64,000 bases of DNA from contig OZ219790.1 of NCBI GenBank assembly GCA_964291215.2, forward strand, positions 320,001 through 384,000, in the 5' to 3' direction. This stretch comes from Alphaproteobacteria bacterium. Lineage in GTDB: Bacteria; Pseudomonadota; Alphaproteobacteria; MPNO01; UBA830. Each line of letters starts with the position of its first letter. Within the stretch, counting starts at the first letter, position 1. The notes below the pieces were generated by a model that was not told the origin of the DNA, searched no databases, and was given only the letters and a program-made list of their open reading frames with translations. Positions 29,115-39,934 of this stretch are shown here, piece by piece. The position numbers were made by a program, and so were the translations under genes.

Positions 29115-29330
29115 TGGAGAACGGAGCCCTGCAGGTGCGCATCCTCGGCACCGCCAGCAACGCGCGTGACGCCGACATCGCCGGACTGCTCGACGAACTC
29201 AACCGGACGCGCACGGTCTTCCCCGGAACCGGGCTCCGCATGGTCTACGAACTGCCAGACAACGCACGCAAACTCGGCCCAGAAGCATCACCCTGATTGG
29301 AAAAACTCGAATCCGAGGTCAGGACGTCTA
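29115..29330 (+). mobile_element. 3' fragment of the same transposase family as 14652-16853
   Basis: LQVRILGTASNARD..LNRTRTVFPGTGLRMVYELPDN, plus end motif GAGGTCAGGACGTCT. Confidence 0.8.
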
Positions 29331-29468
29331 AAGATGGTGCGCAGATCGGACAGTGGAACCGCTTTGTTCTTGCCTGGATTGCCGATCTGTTCCGCCAGAA
29401 CAGATATGGAAACGCGAATTCGCGTCTCCCAGCGCGGGCATAGCAAACCGCCATCCGGCCATTGAAGT

Positions 29469-31850
29469 CTATGCCGTTCCCAGCACCTCAAGCAGGTGCT
29501 CGGGCGTAAACGGCTGCCGGCTGACCTGCACGCCTAGCGGGCGCAACGCGTCGTTTACGGCGCACCAGAGGGCGGCGATGGCACCAATCGTGCCGGATTC
29601 GCCGATACCGTTAGCGCCGAGTGCGGTCACTCCGGTCGGCGTTTCGATATGCGCAATGCTGATATCCGGCATTTCGGTCGCCATCGGCAACAGGTAATCG
29701 GCCAGCGTCGCATTCTGGATCTGCCCGTAATCGTCATAGATCAGGTGCTCGTAAAGACTGTTGCCGATCCCCTGAATGATCCCGCCCCGAAGCTGTTCGT
29801 CAACCAGCAAAGGATTGACCACGCGCCCGCAGTCATCGACTACCCACCAGCCGAGAATCCGGATGAAGCCGGTCTCGACATCGATCTCGACATGGGCGCC
29901 CTGCACGCCGTTGGCGATATAGTAATTGACCGGTGGAACATGATGTCTGGTGACCATGAGTTCCGGCTGTGCGCCTGGCGGCAGGGTGTCCTGCCGGAAA
30001 TACCCGATCCGCGCCAGTTCGCCGAGACCCATCCGCGCCTCGCCGGTTGCGGCGTCGCGTATCTCGCCATCGGCAAGAGTCAGAGTCCCGGCCTCGGCCT
30101 GGAGAACCGAACCCGCCAGATCGAGTATGTTCGCCTTGAGAGCCCGGCCCGCCTGCAGCGCGGCCTCACCGCCGATCGCCATGCCCCGGGAGGCCCACGC
30201 GCCACCGCCATAAGGGGTTACCGCGCTGTCGCCGGCCACGATATCGATATCTTCCATCCCGACACCGAGCTGGTCGGCAACGACTTGTGCGATCGCCGTC
30301 AGAGTTCCCTGCCCCTGATCGGTGATGCTGGTAAGGCACCGAACGACGCCTGAAGGTTCCAGCTTTACCGTGCATCCGTCCTGAGTGGAAACCCTCGCTC
30401 CGGACGGGCCGTAGTAGCCAGGCCCAAAGGCCGCACCCTCTACGAACGCGGCTACGCCGATACCACGGATCACCCCCTCGTTCCGCAAACGCAGCTGCTC
30501 GGCGCGCAAAGCTTGATAATCCATGATCTCGACGCAGGCATCGAGGCACTGGTGCATCGACATATGCTTCGCCTCGTAGCCACCGATCGTGGTCAGCGGA
30601 TAATCTTCCTCAGCGTGAAAGTTCTGGCGCCGGAAGGCAACCGGATCGATTTCGGCCGCGGCCGCAGCCTGGTCGACCATGAGTTCTGTCACCGCGCAGC
30701 CGATCGGCACGCCGACGCCGCGGAACATGCCGACGATGCCCTTGTTAACATACGCTACCCGCGTCCTGCCGTGATAATCCGTCAGGCTGTACGGCGCCCC
30801 CGCGCTCATGATCGCCATCATGCCTTCGGCAAGGCCGAAGCGGATATAGGCCGTATAGGGTCCGACCGACAGGACATTGTCCATATCCATCGCAACCAGC
30901 CTGCCATCGGCATCCACTGCCATCCGGGCAGTGACGACATGGTCACGGGTTTGGCAGTCAGCGGCGAAGGACTCGAGGCGGTCGGCCGTGAACTTGACCG
31001 GACGCGCCAGCAGCTTCGCGATCGCGGCCACCGCCAACTCCTCGCCGTGAACGTTGATCTTCAATCCGAACCCGCCGCCAATATCCGGCGTGATCACCCG
31101 CACCCTGTGTTCGGGGATCCCGAGATGGCGGCAATAGACGTCCTGCATCTGGAACGGAGATTGATGAGACTGGTGAACGGTCAGGCGTTCTTCGACCGGA
31201 TCCCAATCCGCGAGGATCACTCGCCCTTCCAGCGTGACGGCAGTGTGGCGGCCGAACACGAACCGGTGTTCGACGACATAGGCTGCGTTGGCGAGTACGG
31301 TTCCGGCATCGCCATTGTCGATTTCATGTTGAAAGCACAGATTGTCACCGAGACCGGGATGGATGACCGGACTTGTGGCTGAGAGAGCCACCTCCGTATC
31401 GGTGACCACGGGCAACTCTTCCCATTCGATCGCGACGAGTTCTGCCGCGTCCTCCGCTTCCGCCCGGCTCGTAGCGACTACGGCAACGACGGGCTCGCCC
31501 TGGAAGCAGGCTCTGTCGACAGCCAGAACATGCTGGACGGCGGACTTGTGACCCGGACGGTGCGCGGCCACGGCATGCATGGGCTGACATATGTCCGCAA
31601 GATCAGCGCCGGTGACGATGCCGACGACTCCGCCCGCCGCCGCCGCGGCAACGGTATCGATGTTCAGGATTCTCGCATGGCCGTAGGGGCTCCGCACGAA
31701 CGCCACATGCAGCATGTGCGGAACGGAAATATCATCCGTATAGCGACCCTTGCCGTGAATCAGGCGGCGCACGTTCGGACGTGCCACTCGCTTTCCGACC
31801 AGGAAGCCGGGACCGGAAGCCCCATCGCCCGAACCACTCATGGCACCCAC
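29469..31850 (-). CDS. Xanthine dehydrogenase/CoxL-family molybdopterin-binding subunit
   Basis: GRYTDD, RSPYGHA, IGGGFGLK, MFRGVG, QGQGT, GGIIQGIG, GIGESG. Confidence 0.93.
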   Translation of the reverse strand: MGAMSGSGDGASGPGFLVGKRVARPNVRRLIHGKGRYTDDISVPHMLHVAFVRSPYGHARILNIDTVAAAAAGGVVGIVTGADLADICQPMHAVAAHRPGHKSAVQHVLAVDRACFQGEPVVAVVATSRAEAEDAAELVAIEWEELPVVTDTEVALSATSPVIHPGLGDNLCFQHEIDNGDAGTVLANAAYVVEHRFVFGRHTAVTLEGRVILADWDPVEERLTVHQSHQSPFQMQDVYCRHLGIPEHRVRVITPDIGGGFGLKINVHGEELAVAAIAKLLARPVKFTADRLESFAADCQTRDHVVTARMAVDADGRLVAMDMDNVLSVGPYTAYIRFGLAEGMMAIMSAGAPYSLTDYHGRTRVAYVNKGIVGMFRGVGVPIGCAVTELMVDQAAAAAEIDPVAFRRQNFHAEEDYPLTTIGGYEAKHMSMHQCLDACVEIMDYQALRAEQLRLRNEGVIRGIGVAAFVEGAAFGPGYYGPSGARVSTQDGCTVKLEPSGVVRCLTSITDQGQGTLTAIAQVVADQLGVGMEDIDIVAGDSAVTPYGGGAWASRGMAIGGEAALQAGRALKANILDLAGSVLQAEAGTLTLADGEIRDAATGEARMGLGELARIGYFRQDTLPPGAQPELMVTRHHVPPVNYYIANGVQGAHVEIDVETGFIRILGWWVVDDCGRVVNPLLVDEQLRGGIIQGIGNSLYEHLIYDDYGQIQNATLADYLLPMATEMPDISIAHIETPTGVTALGANGIGESGTIGAIAALWCAVNDALRPLGVQVSRQPFTPEHLLEVLGTA

Positions 31851-32323
31851 TGCGCCTTCGAGGCGGCCTCCACCGCATCAATGATGGACTGATAGCCGGT
31901 ACATCTGCAAAGATTGCCCGAGAGGTGGTCGCGAATTCCGTCACGATCCAGCGCGACCCCGGATTCCAGCAGTTCGGCAGCCGTCAGAACCATGCCCGGA
32001 GTGCAGAACCCGCACTGGGCGGCGTTCCGCTGCTCGAATTCCCGCTGGAGGACCGCAAACTCGCCCGACCGCGACAACCCCTCGATGGTAACGACCTCCG
32101 TGCCGTCCGCCTGGACGGCAAGAATGAGACAACCTCGGACCACGACCCCATCTACCCTGACCGTGCACGCACCGCACACGCCGTGTTCGCAACCCAGATG
32201 CGAGCCCGTAAGGTCAAGGTCAAGGCGCAGGAAATCGACGAGATGCCGGCGGACGGGAACCGTCCGCGTCACCGTCTCACCATTCACATCCAAGGTTATT
32301 TCAACTGAATCTTCATCCGACAT
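31838..32323 (-). CDS. (2Fe-2S) small subunit, CoxS-like
   Basis: GCEHGVCGAC, QCGFCTPG, NLCRCTGY; start trimmed to MSDED. Confidence 0.94.
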   Translation of the reverse strand: MSDEDSVEITLDVNGETVTRTVPVRRHLVDFLRLDLDLTGSHLGCEHGVCGACTVRVDGVVVRGCLILAVQADGTEVVTIEGLSRSGEFAVLQREFEQRNAAQCGFCTPGMVLTAAELLESGVALDRDGIRDHLSGNLCRCTGYQSIIDAVEAASKAQWVP

Positions 32324-32408
32324 GTGCAGCATAGTGGCACGGCGAACAATATCGGTCAAAATGTTGCGGCCGCGCCGGCGGTTCCAGAAAACCCAGCGAC
32401 CGCAGTTG

Positions 32409-33467
32409 TCAGAGGTCGCGCACCTTCGGCAGAATCTCGCGCCCGAAGATTTCAAGGGACCGCATGATCTCCTGCTGGGCAAGCGAGCCGAAATCCACCA
32501 GCATCGCGATCTGGGTTATCCCGATCTCACGCAATACCTCGATACGTTCGACCGCCTGTTCGGGTCCGCCCATCAGCACACGGCCAGGAAAATAGCGCTC
32601 AAAGGCGAGTTCCTGCTGGCCCGATTCACGGCGCTGATAACCCTTGTATGCTTCCGGGTCGGGTGGTTTGCTCGCCGCCTCGATGCCGGCCCGGGCATAT
32701 TCGGCCATCGGACCATCGACGATGGCCTTAAGCGCGGCATCGTCCGTCTGCTCGAGGAAATGCGCGTGATAGACGCAGCAGATTTCGTGGTCGGACGCAG
32801 GCCGACCGTATTTTTCCAGGGCATCTTGGTACCAGCCGATCCGCTCCACGGCGACAGCATGATCGACATGATAGGCAACATAGAGGAGATTGTGGCCTTC
32901 GCGTGCGGTCCACTCGAAGCTCTCGGGCGACATCAGGCACGCGTTCCAGATCGGTGGGTGTGGTTTCTGGTAGACCGGCGGCAAGACCCTGAGGCCGGAC
33001 ACCCTCGGCCGGAATTTCGATTCAAACTCGAGCGGTTCCCCGGTCCACGCTTGGAGGACAAGCTCAACCCCCTCTTCCACCCGTTCGCGGCTTTCCCGCA
33101 TCGGTACGCCGAAAGCGTCGAACTCGTCACGAATGAAGCCTCTGCCCACGCCAAAATCGAGCCGTCCCTTCGAGAGCTGGTCGAGTGTAGCCGCCTGCTC
33201 CGCTACCCGGAGCGGATCATTGAGCGGCAGCACGGTCGCACCGGTGCCGAGACGGATTTTCTCTGTGCGAGCGGCGAGAAAGGACAGGAATGCGTAGTGG
33301 GCCGGCAGGAATCCGCCATGGCGCACGAAATGGTGCTCGACCATCCATGCGTAATCGATGCCGATGCTGTCGGCATACTCGACCTGTTCGACAATGTTGT
33401 GCATGTGAATATGCACGTCGCGCTTGTCAGGCAGATGGGTCGGAAGATAGAACAGGCCGAATTTCAT
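32409..33467 (-). CDS. LLM-class (luciferase-like) flavin-dependent oxidoreductase
   Basis: MKFGLF, WMVEHHF, PLRVAEQAATLDQLSKGRLDFGVGRG, PVYQKPHPPIW. Confidence 0.92.
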   Translation of the reverse strand: MKFGLFYLPTHLPDKRDVHIHMHNIVEQVEYADSIGIDYAWMVEHHFVRHGGFLPAHYAFLSFLAARTEKIRLGTGATVLPLNDPLRVAEQAATLDQLSKGRLDFGVGRGFIRDEFDAFGVPMRESRERVEEGVELVLQAWTGEPLEFESKFRPRVSGLRVLPPVYQKPHPPIWNACLMSPESFEWTAREGHNLLYVAYHVDHAVAVERIGWYQDALEKYGRPASDHEICCVYHAHFLEQTDDAALKAIVDGPMAEYARAGIEAASKPPDPEAYKGYQRRESGQQELAFERYFPGRVLMGGPEQAVERIEVLREIGITQIAMLVDFGSLAQQEIMRSLEIFGREILPKVRDL

Positions 33468-33880
33468 GGGACGCAGTCCTTGCGTTCGGTGAACGGCTTG
33501 CATAACGCCGAAAGGCGTCCGCAGAAAGGCGGCAAAGCGACCGGACGCGCCGATATCCCGGTGAGATGGTCTTGCCAGGCTGGCACCCTGTACGCCACCG
33601 TAAAGAGCCCACTATACCATCCCGGACTGGTGTCCTCGACAGTTTGTGGCTGGACGACATTTCGTCGTCAGCATCCGGTCGGAAGCGAAGCAGGCCGAAA
33701 TCTGGACATGCGAAGAGTTGATGCAAACGCAAGAAGCCGATCCGGAACCGGCCTCACGCCCAACTCTTTCGGTACTGGCAAACGGTAAGCGTTCGTTCAT
33801 GCGGTGATGACGATCTGCGCCGAGGTTTATTTTGGTGATTCGGAGAAGGGGGCTGTAAATTTTTTTGGCGGTGCCATCAG

Positions 33881-34612
33881 ATGGTCATGTGCATCAAGGA
33901 TTTCGTGTCATCATCGGGTGCGGACGCCGTAGGCGACGTGCCGCAGTCGTCGTGTCGTGATTCGGCCACCAGGAAGTCCCTGTACGATCGCGAGCGTATT
34001 CGGGCCGAGGCTGCGGATGCCCGCACGGCGGCTGCGGAGGGTCGCTGTGAGGAGCTGCGCTTGCAGGAGGTGGAGAAGCGCAGCCGCGCGAATTCCCTGA
34101 AGGCGGTTTTCGAGAGCAATCGCGAGAAGCTGTCAGCTGCCCGTGCGGAGGTCAAGGAAGTTCGACGGACGGCGAAGCAGTCTCTTGCGCTGAAGCAGGA
34201 GGTTGCGCGTCCGGGCCAGCTTCTTGCCGAGGCCGGCGCGCGGAAGCGGTCGACGGTGGTGTCGCTGCGCATGGAGAATGCCAGCCTGAACCCAAGTTGG
34301 CACTTTTTACGTCAGTCGAAGGCGAAATTTATGCGGCTGCCCCGTTCGACATGCTATATATTGTTGTCCCTGTTCTTGAACCCACTATATTTCTGATTGC
34401 GTGTCCGGGGTGGGCGCTGTAGTGCCAGGATATTTCCGATTTGCTTGACCCCGCCGCCAAACCCGGTATATCTGAAGCCTCGTCAACACAAAAGGCTCCA
34501 GACAACATGTTCATCAGGACAACCAAAACCCACAGCACCGCAGACGGCAAACCCGTCCACAGCCACCGACTCGTGCAGATTACGCAACCTGATGTCTGGA
34601 AATTGTCGTGAA
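33881..34612. mobile_element. Stacked IS fragments (IS66-like N-terminal coiled coil, IS1634 left end, IS256-type end)
   Basis: 34290-34580 is an inverted copy of ~21640-21918 (MFIRTTKTHST); ends in GATTACGCAACCTGATGTCTGGAAATT. Confidence 0.7.
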
Positions 34613-35066
34613 AAAGACTACGGCGGCGTATTTTGGCGTCAGCTTCTTCTTTCGCCGATAGTAGTCGAGGGTGCCCGAGAGGATCGGGTTATTTTCCGAT
34701 CGCGCAAGTTGCTCCAGGGCGCGGATGCAGGCCTCCATCTGCATCTTCCGAGTGAGCTTGGTGAGATGGCGCTTCGCTTTGGTCGGGGATAGGCGGAGTC
34801 CCTCCTCCAGCACGGCGACATCGAACCGAAGAATGCAGTGCGACCCGACCCACAGCGCACCCCCACAGCCGACCATTTGTGTAGGCATTGGCGATCTCGA
34901 AATGATACCGTAGCTCCTGCGGGCCGCAAAGCTGACAGGTTTCGACTGGCGCTTCGTGATCAATGGTGTTCTCTGTAAAAGACCATTCCGCGAAAGCATC
35001 AGGAAAGGTTCCGGCCACGGAGAGAGGCAGGATGCTGTCACGCACTCGCTGGGTATAACCGCTCAT
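34612..35066 (-). pseudogene. Zn-ribbon hypothetical protein, frameshifted and truncated
   Basis: ETCQLCGPQELRYHFEI..GRLW, continuing WVGSHCILRF in another frame at a GCTGTGGG duplication; cut by an IS end. Confidence 0.6.
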
Positions 35067-35167
35067 GATGCACTCGCTCCGCTAATTTAAGCCCCCTTAT
35101 CTTAACCCGCCCGCTATTTAAGTGAAAGTCATATTGCTTAAATAAGCGCCAAGCATCATAATGGGGT

Positions 35168-36349
35168 ATGAGCGATTCTGACCCCAACCAACGCCTCGGC
35201 CGTTTTATAGAAACACCCGTTGCGGGGGAGACGGTGCGCGCTTTCGTGCCTCCGCCTCTACCGCCGGTGCCAACGATCGACGTGCTGGCGCTTCTTGATC
35301 GGCTCAGCCTTGCCGAGCGCTCCCTGGGACGGCTGGACGGCATCACAATGCTGCTGCCGCACCAGGAACTCTTTCTCTATATGTATGTCCGCAAGGAGGC
35401 GGTGCTGTCTTCGCAGATCGAAGGCACGCAATCGACGCTCTCTGATCTGCTGCGCTTCGAGACCGAAGCACAAGCCGGCCAGCCGATCGACGACATCCGC
35501 GAGGTCTCGAACTACGTCGATGCCATGATGTACGGGTTGGAGCGTCTGCAGGAACTACCACTGTCTCTGCGACTGATCCGTGAGATGCATGCGCGTTTGC
35601 TGCAAAGCGGGCGTGGCGGCACCAAGGATCCCGGTGAGTTTCGCCGATCACAGAACTGGATCGGCGGCACACGTCCGGGCAATGCGCTGTATGTGCCGCC
35701 GCCAGTCACTGAACTGGATGATTGCCTCGGGACGTTTGAACGCTTCATGCACGAGGACGAGTCCCGTCTTCCGGCCCTCATCAAGGCCGGGCTGTTACAT
35801 GTCCAGTTCGAGACCATCCATCCGTTTCTCGATGGCAATGGCCGCATCGGCCGCTTGCTGGTCACGCTGTATCTCTGCGTCAATGGTGTGTTGCAGAAGC
35901 CGCTCCTCTATCTGAGCCTGTTTCTCAAAACACATCGTGCTGACTACTACCGGCTACTTCAGGAAGTGCGCGAGCACGGCCACTGGGAAGCCTGGCTCGA
36001 CTTCTTCCTTGCCGGCGTGGCCGAAACGGCAAACCAGGCGTTCGATGCCGCCACGCGGATTGTCGATCTGTTCAAGGAGGATCGCGAGCACATCACGGCG
36101 GAAAGCGACCGCGCCGGCTCGTCACTGCGCATCCATGAACTGTTCCAGCAACATCCGTTCCTGACCGTGAACCAGCTCGTTGAGCACACTGGCCTGTCGG
36201 CGCCGACGGTGAACGCTGCGCTCGCCGACCTCGAAGGTTTTGGGATTCTTGAGGAGATCACTGGGCGAAAGCGGGGGCGTGTTTTCAGCTACCGCGTCTA
36301 TTTGATCATCCTAAGCGAGGGTACCGATCCGCTGCCCACAACCTCCTAA
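35168..36349 (+). CDS. Fic family protein with C-terminal HTH
   Basis: SSQIEGT, canonical HPFLDGNGRIGR, C-terminal EITGRKRGRVF. Confidence 0.95.
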   Translation: MSDSDPNQRLGRFIETPVAGETVRAFVPPPLPPVPTIDVLALLDRLSLAERSLGRLDGITMLLPHQELFLYMYVRKEAVLSSQIEGTQSTLSDLLRFETEAQAGQPIDDIREVSNYVDAMMYGLERLQELPLSLRLIREMHARLLQSGRGGTKDPGEFRRSQNWIGGTRPGNALYVPPPVTELDDCLGTFERFMHEDESRLPALIKAGLLHVQFETIHPFLDGNGRIGRLLVTLYLCVNGVLQKPLLYLSLFLKTHRADYYRLLQEVREHGHWEAWLDFFLAGVAETANQAFDAATRIVDLFKEDREHITAESDRAGSSLRIHELFQQHPFLTVNQLVEHTGLSAPTVNAALADLEGFGILEEITGRKRGRVFSYRVYLIILSEGTDPLPTTS

Positions 36350-36367
36350 AGTGAGGAAGCCAGTGCC

Positions 36368-36400
36368 ATGCGGATCAAGTTTATCGAGATCTCTAATTTT
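36368..36400 (+). pseudogene. 5' stub of a probable AAA/OLD-type ATPase gene
   Basis: GAGG RBS plus MRIKFIEISNF, the typical start of SMC/OLD-like ATPases; IS sequence follows immediately. Confidence 0.45.
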
Positions 36401-36882
36401 CCCCCGTTCCATAGTAAAGTGCAAAACATGATGGGCTGTGACCATGTGTTTTTAGACACATCATGTTGTGGAGCGGTAGCGGCGAGAGTTCCTGTACAAG
36501 ATGAAGGGAGCTTGTTCATGTCCAAAGGCTACCGTCACCTACGAAGAGCGATGCCAGATTGAGGCAGAAAAGCGGTCTTTCACACGGTGCGATTGCTCGG
36601 CAGCTGGGCCGATCAACAATTTTCCGGGAGATCAAGCGCAACGGCGGGGGACGGGGTTACCGTCACAAGCAGGCGCAAAGGATGGCAGAAACGCAGGGCC
36701 GCCTCGTCTGTTTCCTGGCGGTTGACGCCTCGGGTTGAAGCTCAGGAAAAGCTGCGGGAGGGTTGGAGCGCCTCTCGACCGCGATCATCATCGACGAAAA
36801 ATGGGAAACCGAAACCAAGGCATACATCAAATGGGAACAGCTCGATCAGCTTCACGACAATTTCCAGACATCAGGTTGCGTA
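36400..36882 (+). mobile_element. IS30-like N-terminal remnant followed by an IS256 3' end
   Basis: MSKGYRHL/TYEERCQI and STISREIKRN-like HTH; DEKWETETKAYIKWE plus AATTTCCAGACATCAGGTTGCGTAATC end. Confidence 0.7.
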
Positions 36883-37001
36883 ATCCTCCGGACAACGGTC
36901 AGGATCGACCGCGAGATAATGAACGTCCTTGCCGACATCGATCCCGGCGCAATCCCGCTTCACCACTTCCAAGCTTTCGGCCCGTCTGCGCCTGCGTGGC
37001 A
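36883..37001 (-). mobile_element. IS110-family transposase N-terminal fragment
   Basis: Manual translation MPRRRRRAESLEVVKRDCAGIDVGKDVHYLAVDP (GID catalytic motif). Confidence 0.7.
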
Positions 37002-37339
37002 TCCATATCCCTCCCCTGACTGCCTCGCTTCACTCAGATCGGGGAGGAGCCACGGCGAAATCTCAATCTCTTGAACGAGGTCGCGGGAAAACCCGCGCCA
37101 TCAGTGATAGAAGCCGATCATAGTTCGGGCCACGCTACTTTACGGGTGCTGCCGCAGCACGCCATTGCCAGGCTGACCTCGACTGCCCCGACCGTCCGAC
37201 GCATCACATCTTCCGCCCGCGCCAGCAAGTACCCGTTTTTGCTCTCGCGACGGGGCCGGCGCCGCGCGGGGGTGGGTGCTACTCTAGGAAATTTCACAAT
37301 ATATGTTGCGATATCCGCATATAAAGCAGATACTTGGTC

Positions 37340-38167
37340 ATGTCTTACGATCGGCGATCCGCCCTGTCAGGTTACGTGAGCGGTCTGCTCTCCACCGGCC
37401 GAACGGTCTTCACCGCCGACGATGCCGAACAGGCGCTCGGTGTTGGGCACGGCGCGTTCCTGGATGCCGCGGAACGGTTACAGCGTCGCGGGGCGTTGCT
37501 CAACCCACGGCAGGGCTTCTATGTCGTTGTCCCGCCGCAATACGCGTCCTGGGGGGCGCCGCCGCCGGCCTGGTACATCGACGCGCTCATGCGCCGCGAG
37601 GGTCAGGCCTACTACGTCGGGCTGCTCAAGGCGGCGGAGCTGCACGGCGCGACGCACCAGGCGGTCATGGAGTTTCAGGTCGTCACGGCGAAGCGCCTGC
37701 CCAAGATCCGTGCCGGGCGCAGCATGATTGTCTTCTACTTCCGCAAGGACATGGAAGCGGTGACGGCGGGAATCAAGGATCGCAAGACCGATACCGGCAC
37801 GATGAAGATTTCATCGGCCGCGCTGACCGCCCTCGACCTGCTGCGCTATCCGCAGGCGTCGGGCGGCATGGACAACATCGCCACGGTTCTCTCCGATCTC
37901 GGACGCAACATCGACCGGGAGCAGCTCGCCGCGTTATCAGTGGTCGTGCAGCGGCCTGTCGTACAGCGTCTCGGGTATCTTCTGGACCATCTCGGCCATG
38001 ACGAACTGACGGGGCCCATGCAGGAGTCCCTGAGCGCACGAGGGTCGCTGCCCTGGACCGAGCTCGACTGGCAGGAGGCGCGGGACCCGGACTTCGCGCC
38101 TGAACCGCTCCAACGCGATGTCCGGTGGCGGATCATCGCACGCCGGCTACCCCAGGCCGACGCATGA
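37340..38167 (+). CDS. Type IV toxin-antitoxin AbiEi-family antitoxin
   Basis: N-terminal wHTH, YYVGLLKAAELHGATHQA, TALDLLRY, QRLGYLLD. Confidence 0.9.
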   Translation: MSYDRRSALSGYVSGLLSTGRTVFTADDAEQALGVGHGAFLDAAERLQRRGALLNPRQGFYVVVPPQYASWGAPPPAWYIDALMRREGQAYYVGLLKAAELHGATHQAVMEFQVVTAKRLPKIRAGRSMIVFYFRKDMEAVTAGIKDRKTDTGTMKISSAALTALDLLRYPQASGGMDNIATVLSDLGRNIDREQLAALSVVVQRPVVQRLGYLLDHLGHDELTGPMQESLSARGSLPWTELDWQEARDPDFAPEPLQRDVRWRIIARRLPQADA

Positions 38168-39021
38168 TCCCGGCGCAGAATATCGTCGCCTGGGGCAACG
38201 TCGTTCCCTGGGCCGATCAGCGACAGGTCGAACAAGACCTCATCATCGGCCGTGCTCTGGTGGAGATCTTCTCCGACGACATGCTGCACGCCGCAGTGCG
38301 GGTTCGCGGCGGGACGGCGCTCAACAAGCTGCACTTCCCGGAGCCGATGCGCTATTCCGAGGACATCGACCTGATCCGGACTTCCGGCGGGCCGATCGGT
38401 CCCATCCTCGATCAACTGCGTGTCGTTCTGGAACCGTGGCTGGGCCGCGCGCGGTTCGATCAGAGTCCTGTCGCACCGAAGTTTCGCTTCCGGGTCGATG
38501 CCGAAGACGGCAGTGGCGTGCCGATCCGGCTGAAGGTCGAGATCAACACCCGCGAGATTCAGGCTTTCGACGGCCCGGCGTCGTTGCCGTTGAAGATCGA
38601 TAATCCCTGGTTCTCGGGCGAGGCGGCCATTTCGACGTTTTCGCGCGAAGAGATGCTGGCGACCAAGCTGCGTGCATTGTTGCAGCGTGACCAAGGGCGC
38701 GATCTCTACGACCTCGCGCACGCGCTGGAGGTCTTCGAGAACCTCGATATCGGCGGTATGGTCGAGATGTTCGGGCGGTATCTCGACCTTTCCGGCCAGA
38801 CGATTTCCCGGGCTCAGGAGCGGATGTTCGCTAAACTGGCCAACCCGCGCTTTTTGCTCGACCTGCGCCCCCTACTGCCGGCTGTTCAGGCGCAGGCTCT
38901 GACGGAAGAGACAACAGCGGATTCCTTTCGCCGCGTGTTCACGATGCTCATCGATCGGCTGCCCGGCGAGCCCTGGGGAAGGACGCAGGCCATGAAGGAA
39001 CGCTTCGGAATCTCATGGTGA
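38164..39021 (+). CDS. AbiEii/AbiGii nucleotidyltransferase toxin
   Basis: QVEQDL, GGTALNK, RYSEDIDL, KLRAL..RDLYDL; ATGA overlap with the antitoxin. Confidence 0.92.
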   Translation: MIPAQNIVAWGNVVPWADQRQVEQDLIIGRALVEIFSDDMLHAAVRVRGGTALNKLHFPEPMRYSEDIDLIRTSGGPIGPILDQLRVVLEPWLGRARFDQSPVAPKFRFRVDAEDGSGVPIRLKVEINTREIQAFDGPASLPLKIDNPWFSGEAAISTFSREEMLATKLRALLQRDQGRDLYDLAHALEVFENLDIGGMVEMFGRYLDLSGQTISRAQERMFAKLANPRFLLDLRPLLPAVQAQALTEETTADSFRRVFTMLIDRLPGEPWGRTQAMKERFGISW

Positions 39022-39934
39022 CACGAGCGCGGTTAGCCATAGTCATCCGTTCGGGTTGGTCATGACGCGTCAATTGCATTCCGGACCTTACGAAGACCTG
39101 CTGACCTCCGCTCTGGAGGCGGAAATCAATGCTCGAACGGCGGAGGGCTGGCGGGTTGATGTCGCCTCGGCCGAATCAACTGTCCGCCCCGAACTCCTGG
39201 CCCGTCATGCTTATCACCTCCTTCGACGCGCGCTCGAAGGAATTCCCGAAGAAGACGGCGCTCAGCTGGCCAACCAGGTCACCTTGGCGAATCGACTGGT
39301 GGAGGTCCTCGTCGAACATGGCGCGATGGCCGACGACCGGGTCGCAGACGCCGCGCGCCTGCTTCTGGAAGCTGTGGAACGCGGGGCATTGGGCGGTACG
39401 CAATCGGCAATTCCGCGCCCGACACTCTCGCTTCGTCGGACCGGCCTGCTCGTCAATGGCCGGCGCGATGTCCAGATCGCGAGCGAAATCCCGAGTGCCG
39501 ATCGGATCGATCTCCTGTGTGCATTCGTGCGGCACTCGGGGTTGCGGCTGTTCCGCTCCGAGCTTGCAGAACGGGTACGAGAGGGCGCGCGGGTGCGCGT
39601 GATCGCAAGCGTCTATACCGGGTCAACCAAACGCCGAGCGCTGGACGCGCTTGTCCATCTCGGTGCGCACGTGAAGGTCTCCTACGAAGTGGCGCGGATC
39701 CGGCTTCATGCCAAGGCATGGCTGTTCCACCGCTACAGCGGTCTGCACACCGCCTACATCAGTTCGTCAAATCTCACCCACACGGCACAGGTCGACGGCC
39801 TCGAATGGAACGTGCGCGTGAGCGCGGCCGAGAACCCCGAAGTGATCGAGCGCTTCGCGGCGACCTTCGAACAGTACTGGCGAGAGCCCGAGTTCGAGGA
39901 CTATACGCCCCAGCGTGACAGTGAGCGTCTCGAC

